A stretch of 61,766 nucleotides of DNA, filler included, from Basidioascus undulatus (GCA_000826855.1; 11 parts of 11 records of this genome joined end to end with filler, not necessarily neighbours in it), one strand, 5' to 3'; counted from the first letter of the whole stretch, positions 47,532 through 59,659 are shown. Numbers and translations are program-made. Notes: a model not told the origin generated them from the sequence alone.

Positions 47532-49384
47532 ATGGTGAGCCTGCGTGGGTCCTAGGAGCAAGCATTGCAGGAGCAGTGCAGTCGGCGGGTCAGGCACCGA
47601 GCGGGGGAGAGTTGGTCGAGCTCAGGCTCGCTCCCCGCAGCGGTCTTCGATTGGGGCTCTGGGTGCAAGAGAAAGGAGTTTAGATCGGCTAGAACACATA
47701 TGGTCGGATGGGTCGATGGAATCCATATTCGCGACGGCTTCCCTTTCGCCCGACTAGCACAGCCGCACCCGCTCTGGCCCCGCCCTTCCAGCAGTCACTC
47801 GCGGCCGTAGACGAACCGACTGACATTCCCTCCTTCCCTCCCTGCAGTCCGACTCTCCCGACGCCGCCGCCAACCACCAGGACTACGAGGCCGTTCGTCC
47901 GTTCCCCCTACCCTCCCTTCCCCGTCCCCGTCCCCCTTACACTCCTCCCCGAGCTCATACCTCTTCCATTCGCCCGAGCAGAAGATCCAGTTCGCGGACG
48001 AGCGCAAGGCGGAGGGTAACGGTGCGTCGACTTGATGAGAGGGTTGGGAGGGATGGAACTGAAGAGGTGGATGGGCTGGGCGTATAGAGCACTTCAAAGC
48101 TGCACTTGCGATGAAGGCGCCCGAGGAGAAGAAGGAGCGGGAGAAGCTACTTAGGAAGGGTCCGTCTTTTCTCCTCTTGCTTACTCCCCTCTTCCTCTCA
48201 CACGGCTCCTCCCCCCCCAGCGTTGGGGTCCTGGCACAGCGTTTGTCCCCTCTCTTCCTTTCCTGGGAATAGGATGGCTCAAGGGAATGCATGGTGGATG
48301 ACGGATGGTTTGTGGGACGATCAGGCCCTCTTCTACCTCTCCGGTCTCGACCGCAACGTCCTCAATGCGTTCGGGGGCGCGCAGGCCCAGCCGGGGCAGG
48401 ATCGGGACGCGAAGACGCCGGGGGAGGCGAAGTTGGCTGACGTGCGTGATGATTCTGCGTCTTGCTTCTGGGTTCGAGGAGGAGGGAACTGACATGAGAG
48501 TGGCTGCAGATCGGGCTCAAAGTCGCCGTGCTGCACAACAACATGGTGCGCTTTCGTTCCCTCCCCTGCCTCCCTTTCACGCGTGCGCTGACGAAGACTC
48601 TTTCCAACGCACCAAGGCCGCCTGCCACATCCAGCTCGAGAACTGGCCCCGCGCCGCCGCGTGCGCGCAAAAGGTGCGTCCCCCGCTGCTTCTCCCCTCC
48701 CCTCCCCTCCCCTCCCCTCCCCTGTTCTCGGACCCCTCTGATTAGATGGATGTGCGGGTATCTTCAGGCGCTGGACAAAGACCCGGAAAACACAAAGGCG
48801 AAGCTCCGCCTCGCCACCGCGCTCGGGCACGAGGGGTCGGTGATCAAGGCGCAGAAGCTGCTGGTCGGTCCGTCCCACTCTATGCCCCACCCCCCCAACA
48901 CACCCCATCGCTCTCCCTCATGACACGAAGACACTGACGCCGACGAGGGGATGGATCCGGAACGCAGAGCTGAAGGAGAAGACCCCCGACGACGCGGCCG
49001 TTCTCCGCGAGCTCAAGGCGCTCTCGATCGCCGAGAAGCAGCGGGAGAAAAGGTCTGAAGCGACTTTCAAGGGTGCGCTCCCTTCCTCCCTCCTCTCTGC
49101 TCCCTCCCTGCTCCCTCTCCCTCATGTCCCTTCCCTCTCCCTCATGTCCCTTCCCTCTCCCTCATTAATCTGCCCCCTTCCCCTCCCCCTTCCCTTCCCC
49201 ACCTCTTCCTCTCCTCGCGCGTGCCATCCGCTGATCTACTTTTGTGCGTGGGTACGGGAAAGGCATGTTCAACCGCCCCTCCCCCTCCGCCGCCGCCGCC
49301 GCTGCGAAGACCGCGTCGGCCTCGACTCCGTCAGCGTCGACCGCCGCTGCTACCGCTGGGGCGCAGGCGAACGAGTCCGCGTAG
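47532..49384 (+). CDS. TPR protein (TTC9/FKBP-type TPR)
   Basis: ATG|GTGAGC first exon (inferred). Spliced product RKAEGNEHFK..WHSALFYLSGLD..LHNNMAACHIQLENWPRAAACAQKALDKDPENTKAKLRLA..FKGMF. Confidence 0.8.
47578..47764 (+). ncRNA. Candidate intronic box H/ACA snoRNA
   Basis: Hairpin (AGTCGG 47580 / TCGGCT 47690), H box AGAACA 47691-47696, hairpin (TGGTCGG 47701 / CCGACTA 47756), then ACA 47759-47761. The 3' pocket is antisense to conserved LSU rRNA. Confidence 0.65.
49112..49165. repeat. 20-nt intronic tandem repeat (TCCCTCTCCCTCATGTCCCT) x~2.7
   Basis: Read directly from the sequence. Confidence 0.85.
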
Positions 49385-49896
49385 GGTGGAAGGCAAGGGG
49401 GGGAGTAGGGAGAGGGACACTTTTTTGCCTTGGGGTTTGAGCTGTCGTATTTCTTAGGCATCGTTGACGTTGTACAATCGCAAAATCGCAAACCCTTCGA
49501 ACTAAGTCCCGGCTGTCGCTTGTGACTCGTGTAATCGTCGTATGCATATCATCATACCCTTTCCGATGCGCTGTTTCTGGATTGTTTGACGAATGCTGTC
49601 TCAATTTGCTTGCGGTGCTGTCGAAAAAGTAGTCTCTTTCAAAAGGGAAGGGGTGACTGGAAGCAATCCCATCGGTGCCCGCGGACAGACCGCGGCGGAA
49701 CATGCGGGGCGGAGGATCTTGCCATCGTCGCAGCCCCGAAAGCGGCCGCTCACTCGAGACATTCTCATTTGACCTCTGACCTCCCTCACATCTCTCTCCA
49801 ACTTCACTCTGCACCCTTCTACTCTTGCATATTTCTGTCACATTTCCCGACGCAACTCTTCCCACCTCTCTGGAGTCCACCAGACAGCCGTCCAGC

Positions 49897-50661
49897 ATGC
49901 CCCAAGGCGCCTCGGCCATCAAGCTCTTTGCGGGTGCGTCGGAGAAGCGAGCAGGGGGTCGCACGACCATGGAGATGGGGCAGCGAGCTGATCCGGCATC
50001 TTTCCTTATTATCTCTATCTTCTTCCTGCTTGGTACGTCCATGCAAACAAACAAACAGGTACTTCCCACCCGCAGCTCGCGCAGCTCATCGCGAAACGGT
50101 GCGTCTTCTCTTCCTCCCCCCCTACCCGCCGCCTGGTCTCTGACGCTGAATGGATGGTATGTGGTGTGTGGTGTGGGTGTCTTTGTGTGGGATGGGAAAC
50201 CAGGCTTGGCATCCCCCTCTCCCCCGCGAGCATCACGCGCAACTCGGCGGGCGAGACGCAGGTCCAGATCGGCGAGAGCGTGCGCGAGGACGACGTGTAC
50301 ATCATCAACACTGGGTGTGGCAACATTAATACGGCGCTGATGGAGACTATTATTATGGTGCGTGTTCTCTCCAGAGCTCAAGGGAGGCGGGCAGGGCGGA
50401 AGCGAGGTGAGAGGGAGTTGGAGTGGAGGAGCGGAGGAGACGAAGAGATCGAATTGTGGTTTTGATGAGCGGGGCTGCTGTGGCGGGTAGATCCACGCGT
50501 GCAAGGTGCGTTAGGAACGGTGAAGTGCGGGCTGGTGCATGTGAGAGCAAAACGCTGACTTGGGCGCTGTGATGGACAGATCGCCTCCGCAAAGCGCATC
50601 ACCGCCGTCATCCCCCACTTCCCCTATGCGCGGTGCGTCTTCCTCTCTCTTCCCTCCCCCT
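49897..50661 (+). CDS. Ribose-phosphate pyrophosphokinase (PRPP synthetase), 3' truncated
   Basis: IKLFAGTSHPQLAQLIAKRLGI..GETQVQIGESVREDDVYIINTGCG..IHACKIASAKRITAVIPHFPYAR. Includes a 15-nt microexon (IHACK). Confidence 0.96.
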
Positions 50662-50761
50662 NNNNNNNNNNNNNNNNNNNNNNNNNNNNNNNNNNNNNNN
50701 NNNNNTTAATTAATTAANNNNNNNNNNNNNNNNNNNNNNNNNNNNNNNNNNNNNNNNNNNN

Positions 50762-52512
50762 CGATTCGAACTCAACTCGCTTGCTCTCTTCTCGCGCACT
50801 CTCGCAGGTCTCCCGCGCCGCACTCCCCACAGCCGCGGCGAGCGTGCTGGCGCCGTTCGAGCCGGGGGCGATTGCAAGGCCCGCGCCCACATACCCCCAG
50901 GGACAGCTGGAGAGGAATCTAAGGAGGCTTTCTGGGGGGGTGGTTGGGAAGGGGGAGGGTGGGAGAGAGAGGGTGGAGCTGGGCGAGGAGGTGGGACGGG
51001 ATGGGGAGGGGTGGTGGGGCAAGGGATTGGGGACGTGGTTCGCGGATGGCGCGAAGCGAGAGGGGGAGCGGTACTTGGAGGAAGCGGATCGGGATCGGGT
51101 GGAAGAGGAGGGTGCTGAGGGGTTACATGCCAAATGTCCGTCTTCTTTCCCCTCCTGCCACCATCCCCTCTTCCATCTTACTGTAAACTCACTCACAACC
51201 CACGCTCGCTGCCCGCAGATCGCACCCCCCGCGCCCCCCTAATCTTCTGCCACGGCCTCCTAGGCTTCGACTCGCTCGGCCCAGCGAGCATCCCCGCGCT
51301 GCAGATCTCGCACTGGCGCGGGATCCGCGAGGTTCTGGAAGCAAACGGCATCGAGGTGCTCGTCACGCGCGTGCCGGCGACCAGCTCGGTTGAGGAGCGC
51401 GCGCGCAGGTTGGAGGAGATTATTGGGCGGGAGATGGAGGGGAGGGAGGTCAATCTGGTGGCGCATTCCATGGTGAGAGGGCCTCTGCGTTGTTGCCTTG
51501 GAGTGTTTTCGGATCGGTTGTCGTTGGGTGGGCGAGAGCTGAAAGGATGTGGGGTGTGCGACAGGGCGGCCTCGACTGCCGCTACCTCGCGACTCACCTG
51601 CGCCCGCAAAAGTTCAGGATCCTCTCCATCACAACCATCGCGACCCCTCACCGGGTCCGTCCCTCTCCCCTTCTTCCCTTCTTCCCCCTTTCCTCCCCTT
51701 ACCCCTCCCCCCTCCCCTCACAGGGCTCCGCCTTCGCCGACTACCTAATCGACGACCTGATCGGGCGTTCCCGGCTCCCCGCGCTCCTGTCCTCCCTGCC
51801 CTCGCGCGTCGTGCCCCTCCTAAACGGGGATGGCCAGGCCTTCGAGGGCCTCACGACGACGGCGATGGCGAAGTTCAATGAGAGGACACCTGATGTGGAG
51901 GGAGTCAAGTACTTTAGCTATGGCGCGCGGCATCGTCCCGGGTTGGTAGATACGTGGAGGTGGCCTTGGGGGATCATCATGGAGCGCGAGGGGGAGAATG
52001 ATGGGTTGGTTAGTGTTAGGAGCGCGAGGTGGGGGGAATACCAGGTGCGTCTTGTCTCTGCCCGTTCCTGCCTCTTCTTCCTTTCCTTTCCTTTCATATC
52101 AAGGGGACTGAGAAAGGCGGGATGGCACAGAAAACCCTCGAGGACGTGAATCACCTTGACCTTGTAGGCTGGGTGAAGTACGTCTTCCTCTTCCTCCCCG
52201 TCCCTTCCCCCTGCTCCTCCCTATCCTCCTCATCCCCTCCTTCCTCTCCTCCATCCTCTCTTCCGCTCGTCCCTGACACACACACCCCAACCCAAAGCCA
52301 CGCCCGCTACGCCTGGGCCGAGCTCGTCGGGCGCGCGATCCAGGTCCGGCTCCGGTCTCTCCATCCTGCCTCTTCTTTCTCTTGCTGATTTGTGGGATGG
52401 ATGTCGTTTTTGGGGTGGTGTGCGGGTTGCGCTGGGGGTTGGGACGGAGCAGTACAAGCCCGGCACGTTCTACCTCGAGATTGCGGACTTGCTGGCGAGG
52501 CACGATTTGTAG
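50762..52512 (+). CDS. TGL2: Triacylglycerol lipase 2-like alpha/beta hydrolase (5' end uncertain)
   Basis: FCHGLLGFD, HWRGI, VNLVAHSMGGLDCR, TIATPHRGS, ENDGLVSVRSARWGEY, NHLDLVGW. Confidence 0.9.
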
Positions 52513-53923
52513 CGCTGGGCTGTAGGCAGGGTATCTATTGACCTGCATAATAACGAGATGTGATCTTGGGTGTGCTGTGCGATGGCTCTGGACTGGTGGG
52601 TGTGGGGGACGAGGCGATATGAGAGGGAAGGCGTTAAGACTCTTACGACTGCGCGCCGGTTGGAGAGCTGATGTTGGGAGCGCTGGTTCACCACTGCTCT
52701 TCTTATTGCGGTCTTTCCACAGTAGTTCAAAGCTCCGAAGCCGTATGGTTGCTAATTATTAGAGCTTTCGATGTCAGTCATAGGGTCCTGGACGCAAGAG
52801 CGTGGAAGGACCTGAATACAGCGACTATGTAGGACATAGAGCCTACCGAACTTCGGAGTTTACTGAGGTTAATAACACATGCTAAACCCTAAAAGTGAAA
52901 GAAACCCGAGATGCAGAGCTCAATCAATCTGCGGTTGGGTGTGCCGCGTCGAGCTCTCGAGCTTCGTTGAAAGGGCGGAAGTGCCTCTCAATGCGCTCCC
53001 TCCCAGCCCCCAGGTCCGGTAAACTATACGAGAGGGTTTCAATGAAAGTGTTTGAGAAAGTGTAGGTGGAGGGGCCCAAGAATCGCGAAAGGCCGGCACG
53101 TTCCCCTCAACATCAATGAGTCTCTCAGCGCTAAGGAGGCTACCTCTTGGAGTCGTGCTAGAATTGAAGCTATCAAATATTAAGAAAATAAACGCCTTTC
53201 ATGGATTCCAACTATTTCCTTGACCACGAGAACGGAGAACTGACAGCGACGTCGCATTCGCTCATTGGCTGTCGGCGACAGTTCATGCGCTGCGAGAATC
53301 ATTCATCTAATGCCTGGACGGGTTCAAGATAGTACGTAACACCCGAAAAGACACCTATGAACGGACGGTCTTCAAGTCAGAGTCCAGCGTGGCCGCAGAA
53401 CGCAGCTGTGATCGCTACCACGCTGCCGAACAGTCTAGGGCAGCACCACCAGCCTTTCCACACAAGATGCATAGGCTTCATTATTAAGACTTCCTAGACG
53501 GCTTTATGTATTTCGATCTATCTCGACAGTGGGACCTTCATGAGCCACGTGCGGCGGGCAACTTGACTCCCCAAGACCAGAAACGCAGCCTCACTGCCAC
53601 TGGCGTTTGTGCATTTCACCCAATCGCTCCGGCCTGCGTGCTTCTGGCGGATCTGTAGACGTGTTCCTGTCGACTTGTAGTCTCCACGGCCTTCAGTAGT
53701 CGAACTGAAGGGCGCAGTGTTCAAGCTGTGCAAGAAACGGGAAAGTATCACGTGTCAGCGACATTCGCGTGCCCGCCCGCGCCGCAGCGGGATCGTTCCA
53801 GCGCTTGCGTACGCCTGCCTGCTATCGCCACTTGCTCACCAAACACACCCATATCATCCGCGCCCCAATCCTCCATTCTCCTGCCCTCGACCACCATCAT
53901 CTACCAAGCATCACCGACCGACG

Positions 53924-54365
53924 ATGGCGCCGCACGTATTCAAGCTATCGCACGAGGGCACGCTCCGCAAGCTCGTCCTACCCGCGCGTCCCGCTTGGCC
54001 TGCGCTCGCCCGGCAGGCCGCCAGCTTGTTCGCACTCGACGCCGCGAGTGTGGCACTCACGTATGTGGACGAGGATGGCGACGAGGTGAGATTCCTCACA
54101 GTGCTCTAGGGTGGTGCGGTTGGAGAGAGTCGAAACTGATGCGTTGTGACGGTGGGGCCAGTTGACGCTAAGCTCCCAAGCCGAGCTCGAGGGCCGCTAC
54201 GCCGAGATAGCCCAGGGCGAGACGCTCCGCTTCAGCGTGCGCATTCTCGGCCCCGCATCCGTCAACATCGGCAGCGAGGTCGACGGCAGCGCTGCGGTGA
54301 CGGAGTACAGCGTCGACGACACCGACGCCGGCGACAGCACGTCCGAGGACTCGGACGAGTGGCTC
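53924..54365 (+). CDS. PB1-domain protein, 3' truncated
   Basis: MAPHVFKLSHEGTLRKL..LTYVDEDGDE|LTLSSQAEL contains the OPCA motif. Confidence 0.85.
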
Positions 54366-54465
54366 NNNNNNNNNNNNNNNNNNNNNNNNNNNNNNNNNNN
54401 NNNNNNNNNTTAATTAATTAANNNNNNNNNNNNNNNNNNNNNNNNNNNNNNNNNNNNNNNNNNNN

Positions 54466-55285
54466 GGAGGTGTGCGTGCGCGAGGGAGTGCAGGAGCGCG
54501 TCGAGCGAGTGGGACGACGCGGAGTCTACGAGGCTGAGCTCCCGCAGTTTGGGGAACGCACAGGACTCGAGCGAAGCCTCCCCTCCACGCTCGAAAAAAG
54601 CACACTCGACCTTCTCCAGTGTCCTACACGCGCCACTCATCACTTGTGCAAGCGCCCCTTGCTCCATGCGCTCGAGCGCCAGCGTGCGGAGCGGGCGGTC
54701 GCCCAGCACGCGCGCGATGTCGAGCGGCGTGCGGTACGCCGAGTGGAAGGACCGCAGGCCGGTCGCGTGGGTGAGGAGCGTGCGCAGCGCGTCGGCTGAG
54801 GTGGACGGGAGGGTGTAGGAGTCCGAGAGCGGGGAGAGAGTGCGGAGGGGGAGGGTGAGGCGCAGGTGCCGCAGGTGCTCCTGGGTTGCGGGGGGGAGGG
54901 AGGCGTAGGTCTGGAGCGCTTGGGGGGAGTCGGCGGAGAGGATCTGATAGAGGAGGGGGTCCGCGAGCGCCTGGTTATAGGGGGCGTCAGTATGAGGGTT
55001 AGCTAGCTGCACGAGAGTGTTACTGAGGGGATGGAGAAGACGCACTTTCCACCGCCTCGAGATTCCCCTCCACGCGCCTACGACCCTCCGACGGAGGTTG
55101 AGCTCGCCTGGAGAGAGCTCTTCTCCCTCAAGTTCTGCCGGCAGGGCCAGAGAGAGGATGTAGAGGCTGATCTCGGTTGGCAGAGAGGCTCGGCGGGAAT
55201 GGGGCGGGGAGGTGGGCGATGTCGGCGAAGTCGGCAAAGGGATGGACGCTGGGTAATATGGGGACAAAGGCTCGAGAGGCTCCAT
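54466..55285 (-). CDS. F-box/LRR protein, apparently intact, 3' truncated
   Basis: SLPTEISLYILSLAL..WRGISRRWK, an intron, then LLYQIL..HLRHLRL..ATGLRSF..LRTLAL..FPKLRELSL. GC3-biased codons. Confidence 0.8.
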
Positions 55286-56131
55286 GTTGATTGAGGTATA
55301 TGTTGATTTTGATGGAAGGATATGAACAAGAAAGCTGGAAAGTAGACGCTCGGGTGCTCAGCTAGAAAGAAGACGCTCGCTCCCCTGGCTCCCACCCCCT
55401 TTCCTGCCCAATTTTGCTGCGAATACACGGACTCACCGGGAGGTATTCTGTAGAAAAGAGTCTATGGATCCAGCCACAAGAACAAGACCAACAGAAGCAT
55501 GAGAAAGAGGGAAGAAGAGGATGTGTAAGAAACGAAAGTCAGAGGGACTGCACCCTCAAGCAGCGTCGGCGCCTTATCGTGCGAAGCTTGGGCTTCCAGA
55601 CCCGAGTCCGCCGAGCCTGATCCCAAGCTGCCGAATTGCCGGGTGTACGGCCGAGAGAGTCGGGACATGTTTCAGAAACGTTCGGATCGGCCCTTCCTGT
55701 AGTCTGGGAAACGATGTATGAAAGAGGAAGGGTTGATCTTTTTTAAAATAAAAACATCATAAATAACAAACAGAATAAGCTTGAACTGGAGTTGCTCGAA
55801 GGCGCTCCAGCGAGGCTCGATGGATGACCTCTGCTGTCTTATCGAAACCTCTGAAAGTGAACGGGAATCATACATCAAATTACAGGACATCTCAATGAAA
55901 ACCCAGGGGAACCTTAGGTAACTCATCATGTTTGAGGACGAAGACAAGAGATAGGCGCAGCAGTGACGAGACATTGGGTGTATCAACGCGGATGTTAGAC
56001 GCGTGAGCAGAGCCGGTGAGACCGTCGTCCTGATATGCACTTCACTGCACAGTTCGAAAGCGTCAATCAAACTCATCTGCATCACGACACCCACGGACTG
56101 CTTCAACGCCCCATATTAACCAAGTCCGGAA

Positions 56132-56910
56132 TCATACCCCGAAGACGATGATCTTCACTCGCTCTCTGACGGCTTCCGGCAGTCCCCATCCATGTTCGGA
56201 TGGTCCAGAGGGTATGTGAGGATTCTTAGCACTGCGATGCCATCGTTCCGCGTGATTTGCAAAAGCTCTTCCCCTTCATCATCACTGAGGATGAGGGCCG
56301 ATGGTGACCTCGTCGTAAGCATGCGTGCATAGGTGGACATTGGCATATCCCACTATCCACGAGATGTCGTCGCTTTCGATAACCTTCCGACGGACCCAGA
56401 GGTCTTCAAGGAAAGGAAGAAGCACGTGCGCAAGGCGATCCGCAAGCATAGCCTTGTCGAAGGGGAAATGCCAGAGACAATTCCCCTGATAGTAAATGAG
56501 GTTGGTCCTGGATCGAGAGCAGAGAGGACCAAGATGAGGAATTGGTGGGTATCTGGATGGGACAGAGCCAGGTGCCGTCGTCCGAGCGTTCGTCGGTGCA
56601 CGCGGACAGAATGGTCGCGGCCTGGGGCTGAAGAGGATGGACGTGATCGAGGCAGAGAAACGAGACCTTGGCGGCGAGGTCCAGACGGGCAAGGACGAGC
56701 TGCACGAAGTGCTTCTGCTCTTGGTTGGTCTCCAGGCTGATGTTCTCGAAGATGAGCGACGTGTATGACCGCCTCGAATGTGCGAGACACAAAGCGAAGA
56801 GGGAGGACCTTCCGGAGATTGCGGGTCTCATATCCCGTGCTGCCGGCGTCCGCGTATGAGCACTCCAGGACGAGGACGAAGAGCTCGGGCGAGAGCCTGG
56901 GGGTTGCCGT
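56132..56910 (-). pseudogene. F-box/LRR gene, frameshifted
   Basis: PRLSPELFVLVLE..VLPLRFVSRTFEAVI(fs)TSLIFENISL..KVSFLCL..ILSACT..LPFLEDLWV. Confidence 0.7.
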
Positions 56911-57617
56911 GAAGTTGATACAGAACCATTGCGGGAATCAAAGCGAAGTTCGAAAGTTATGAGTCGGGCAAAGGTGCGAGGCGAATGCGATGAGTGCGGT
57001 AAGTGCGGTGAGCTGTTGGTGGCAGGAGTGCAAGTAAGAGACCCTGCGTCCTGCCCGTTACTCAACACCGTCATGTCCCTCACAAGTCAAACGGAAACCC
57101 AATCCACAATCCAAGATGCAAAGGCAAAGCAATAGATAACCAATAACCACCCTCCTCCCACCCACCTTTCCACTCCAAGCCCAATGAAAGCACAAACAGA
57201 ACGCGAACATAAAACATCAACTGAAAGAAGTACACGCGATCAAACCGAAAGGAGGAAGGTGTAAGGGATCATCAGAATCATCAGTATGCAACGTGAGGTG
57301 GGGGAAGACGAAAGGGAAAGGGCCGGCCAATGGCGGCTTGGAAGACATGGGGGGCGAGGAATGACGATGAAGGGAGTATGAGGGCTTTGATACAACAGGG
57401 GTACAAAAAAATAAGGAGAAAGGTGTGGGCCAGCCAAGCGATAGGATAGAAAGCAGAATAACCTAGGCGTGAGGAAAAGACCGGGAGAGTCCAGGAAGTG
57501 GTTGAGTGCGGTGTGGTGCAGGGCAGGAAGACCGAAAAGGAAGGAAGAGAAAGCAGAAATGGGAACGCCGCGAAGCATGAAAGGCCGTGCAGATACCCTC
57601 TTACGACCTCCCACCTC

Positions 57618-58066
57618 TCACCCGCGCCCGCCGAGCGCATGCCGCACGCTCGAAAAGAACCTCCTCGTCTTCGTCGGGCTGCCCTCCCTCTCCTCCGTCC
57701 TCTCCCTCCCTCTTCCTCCCCCGCCAGTCTTCTCATCCCCCGCCCCCAGCGCGCTCGTATGCCGCACCAAGCTCCGCTCCGCCGGCGTGGGCGTCGCAAG
57801 GCCGAGCAAGTTCGGGGAGCTCGCGCTGGGGCTCGAATGGGGGTGGGTGTGCTTGCGGGTGTGCTTGGAGAAATGGGAGGGGAAAGGGGTGTGGGAGGAG
57901 GTGGAGATGTACTGGTACGTGGGGCTGGGCGCGCGCTCCGGCGTGCGCTTCCCCACGCTGCGGGTGCGGGAGCGGGAGCGGGAGCGGGAGCGGGGGAGGG
58001 CGGAAGAGGGGGTAGGGGAGTCGACGGGCGTGGGGGGCTGGCGGGTGATGAGCACGGGCGGGGAGG
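57618..58066 (-). CDS. C-terminal fragment of a hypothetical low-complexity protein
   Basis: Open from the contig edge to ..KTRRFFSSVRHALGGRG*, followed by a pyrimidine-rich, UTR-like stretch. Confidence 0.5.
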
Positions 58067-58166
58067 NNNNNNNNNNNNNNNNNNNNNNNNNNNNNNNNNN
58101 NNNNNNNNNNTTAATTAATTAANNNNNNNNNNNNNNNNNNNNNNNNNNNNNNNNNNNNNNNNNNNN

Positions 58167-59659
58167 GGGCAGGGGAGAGGCACATACTAGGTTTCGGCTG
58201 GGGAGGGGCGGGGAGAGGAGGAGGGAGAGGCGACCATGGTGTCGTCCCGGGGTCGGAGCTGGTCGCCTAGGGTCTGCCAGATCTTGGCCTGCGCAGCGAA
58301 TCACCATCAGTCCAAACCCCAATCCCGGTATGATCCACGCCAGACGTACCACGCAAGCCTCCACCTCCGGTGTGACTTCCAACTCGTCCTGCTGCTGCTG
58401 CTCCTTCCCCTTGGCAAGCACGACCGTCTCGTCCCCCTCTCCCTCTTCCTCCTCCTCTGCCTCCTGCACCTCCCGCCGCTGGCTCTTCCCCAGCTCCTCC
58501 ACGCTCTCCCGATCCCTAAATCTCGGCACGTCCTCCACCTCCGGCGAGCTCGGGGGCGTCGGGACGCGCCTGACATCCATCGGACTCGGGCTGGGGCTCA
58601 GACTCGGGCTGGCGGCGCGCGCCGCAGCCATGGGGGTGGATGGCGTTTGAGCTAACCCGCGCGGGGGCGTCGCGTCCAGGAGGGAGGCGGTCGTGTCGAG
58701 GAGGGAGTCGGAGGCGGTCAGGTGCGCGGAGGTGGGAAGCTTGAAGGAGTCGTCTCCCACTCCCTCGTTGCCGGGGGTGGCAGGCGCAGCAGAGGCGGGG
58801 GCCGGGCGCGGCCGTGGGCGAGGGACGGGCGCGGGGACGGCGCGGGGCTGTTTGGGCTTGGGGGCGCGCAGGGCGCGCAGGGTGGTTGAGAGGAATTCGC
58901 GCTGCGGGGAAGGTTGGGATGTTAAGAAGAGGAGGAGGGAATGGGGAGGGGGCAGATAAAGCACCTTCTTCCGAATCGCCCGCAGCTCCGCCTCGAGCTC
59001 AGCAACCTCCTTCTGCTGCGTGCGGATGCGGTGCGCGACCTCGCTGTCGTCGTCTTCGTCGATGTGCGCAGAGTCGGAGAGGGCGCTGTCGGGACGTGAG
59101 AACTGTGTGTGGAGGGGGGGTTGAGATGGTGGATGATGGGGACGGGAGAAGGAGAAGGAAGGGGCGTACGGAATGGAGGGACGCTTCAAGGTCGGAGATG
59201 GACTCTTGGGCGGCAGTGTGCCGCGAGAGGAGGAAAGCGATGTGCTGCTTGGCACGAGGCATTGGGCGGCTGGAGAGAACATATAAGCATGATCGATCAG
59301 TTAAGAAGAGGAGAAAGCAGGGACAAGACGTACTACTCATCGATAAGCCTCTCCGCCGCCCTCAGCAGCACGTCCGCGCCCCACTCCCTCCCCTCCCTCG
59401 GGCGGACCCTCAGCGGCGTAGCCGCCTCGACATCCTTCCTCTCCAGCGCCACGCCTCCGCCGGGCGCACCCTCAACACGGCGGAAGAGCGCCTGCTCGTG
59501 GGGCTCGGCGTCGCGCAGGCGCTCAAGGATGTCGACCTTCCCGAGCGCGGCCTCGATCGTCGGCGTTGTGCGCGGCAGGCGCGGCGCGGAGGTGGAGAGG
59601 GTCAGGATCTCGTCTGCTTGGGACGAGAGGCGGAGGAGGAGGTCGTCGAGCCGCGGCAT
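58167..59659 (-). CDS. SPC34: DASH/Dam1 kinetochore complex subunit Spc34-like, 3' truncated
   Basis: MPRLDDLLLRLSSQADEI..LRDAEPHEQALF..AATPL..VLLRAAERLIDEYRPMPRAKQHI, then coiled coils. Confidence 0.7.

Noticed and set aside
24541..58166. Regularly spaced TTAATTAATTAA palindromic repeat (~3.7-kb period) as an array or mobile-element end
   Set aside because: It is always embedded in N44 flanks and is an artificial six-frame-stop linker. The periodicity comes from length-sorted contigs.
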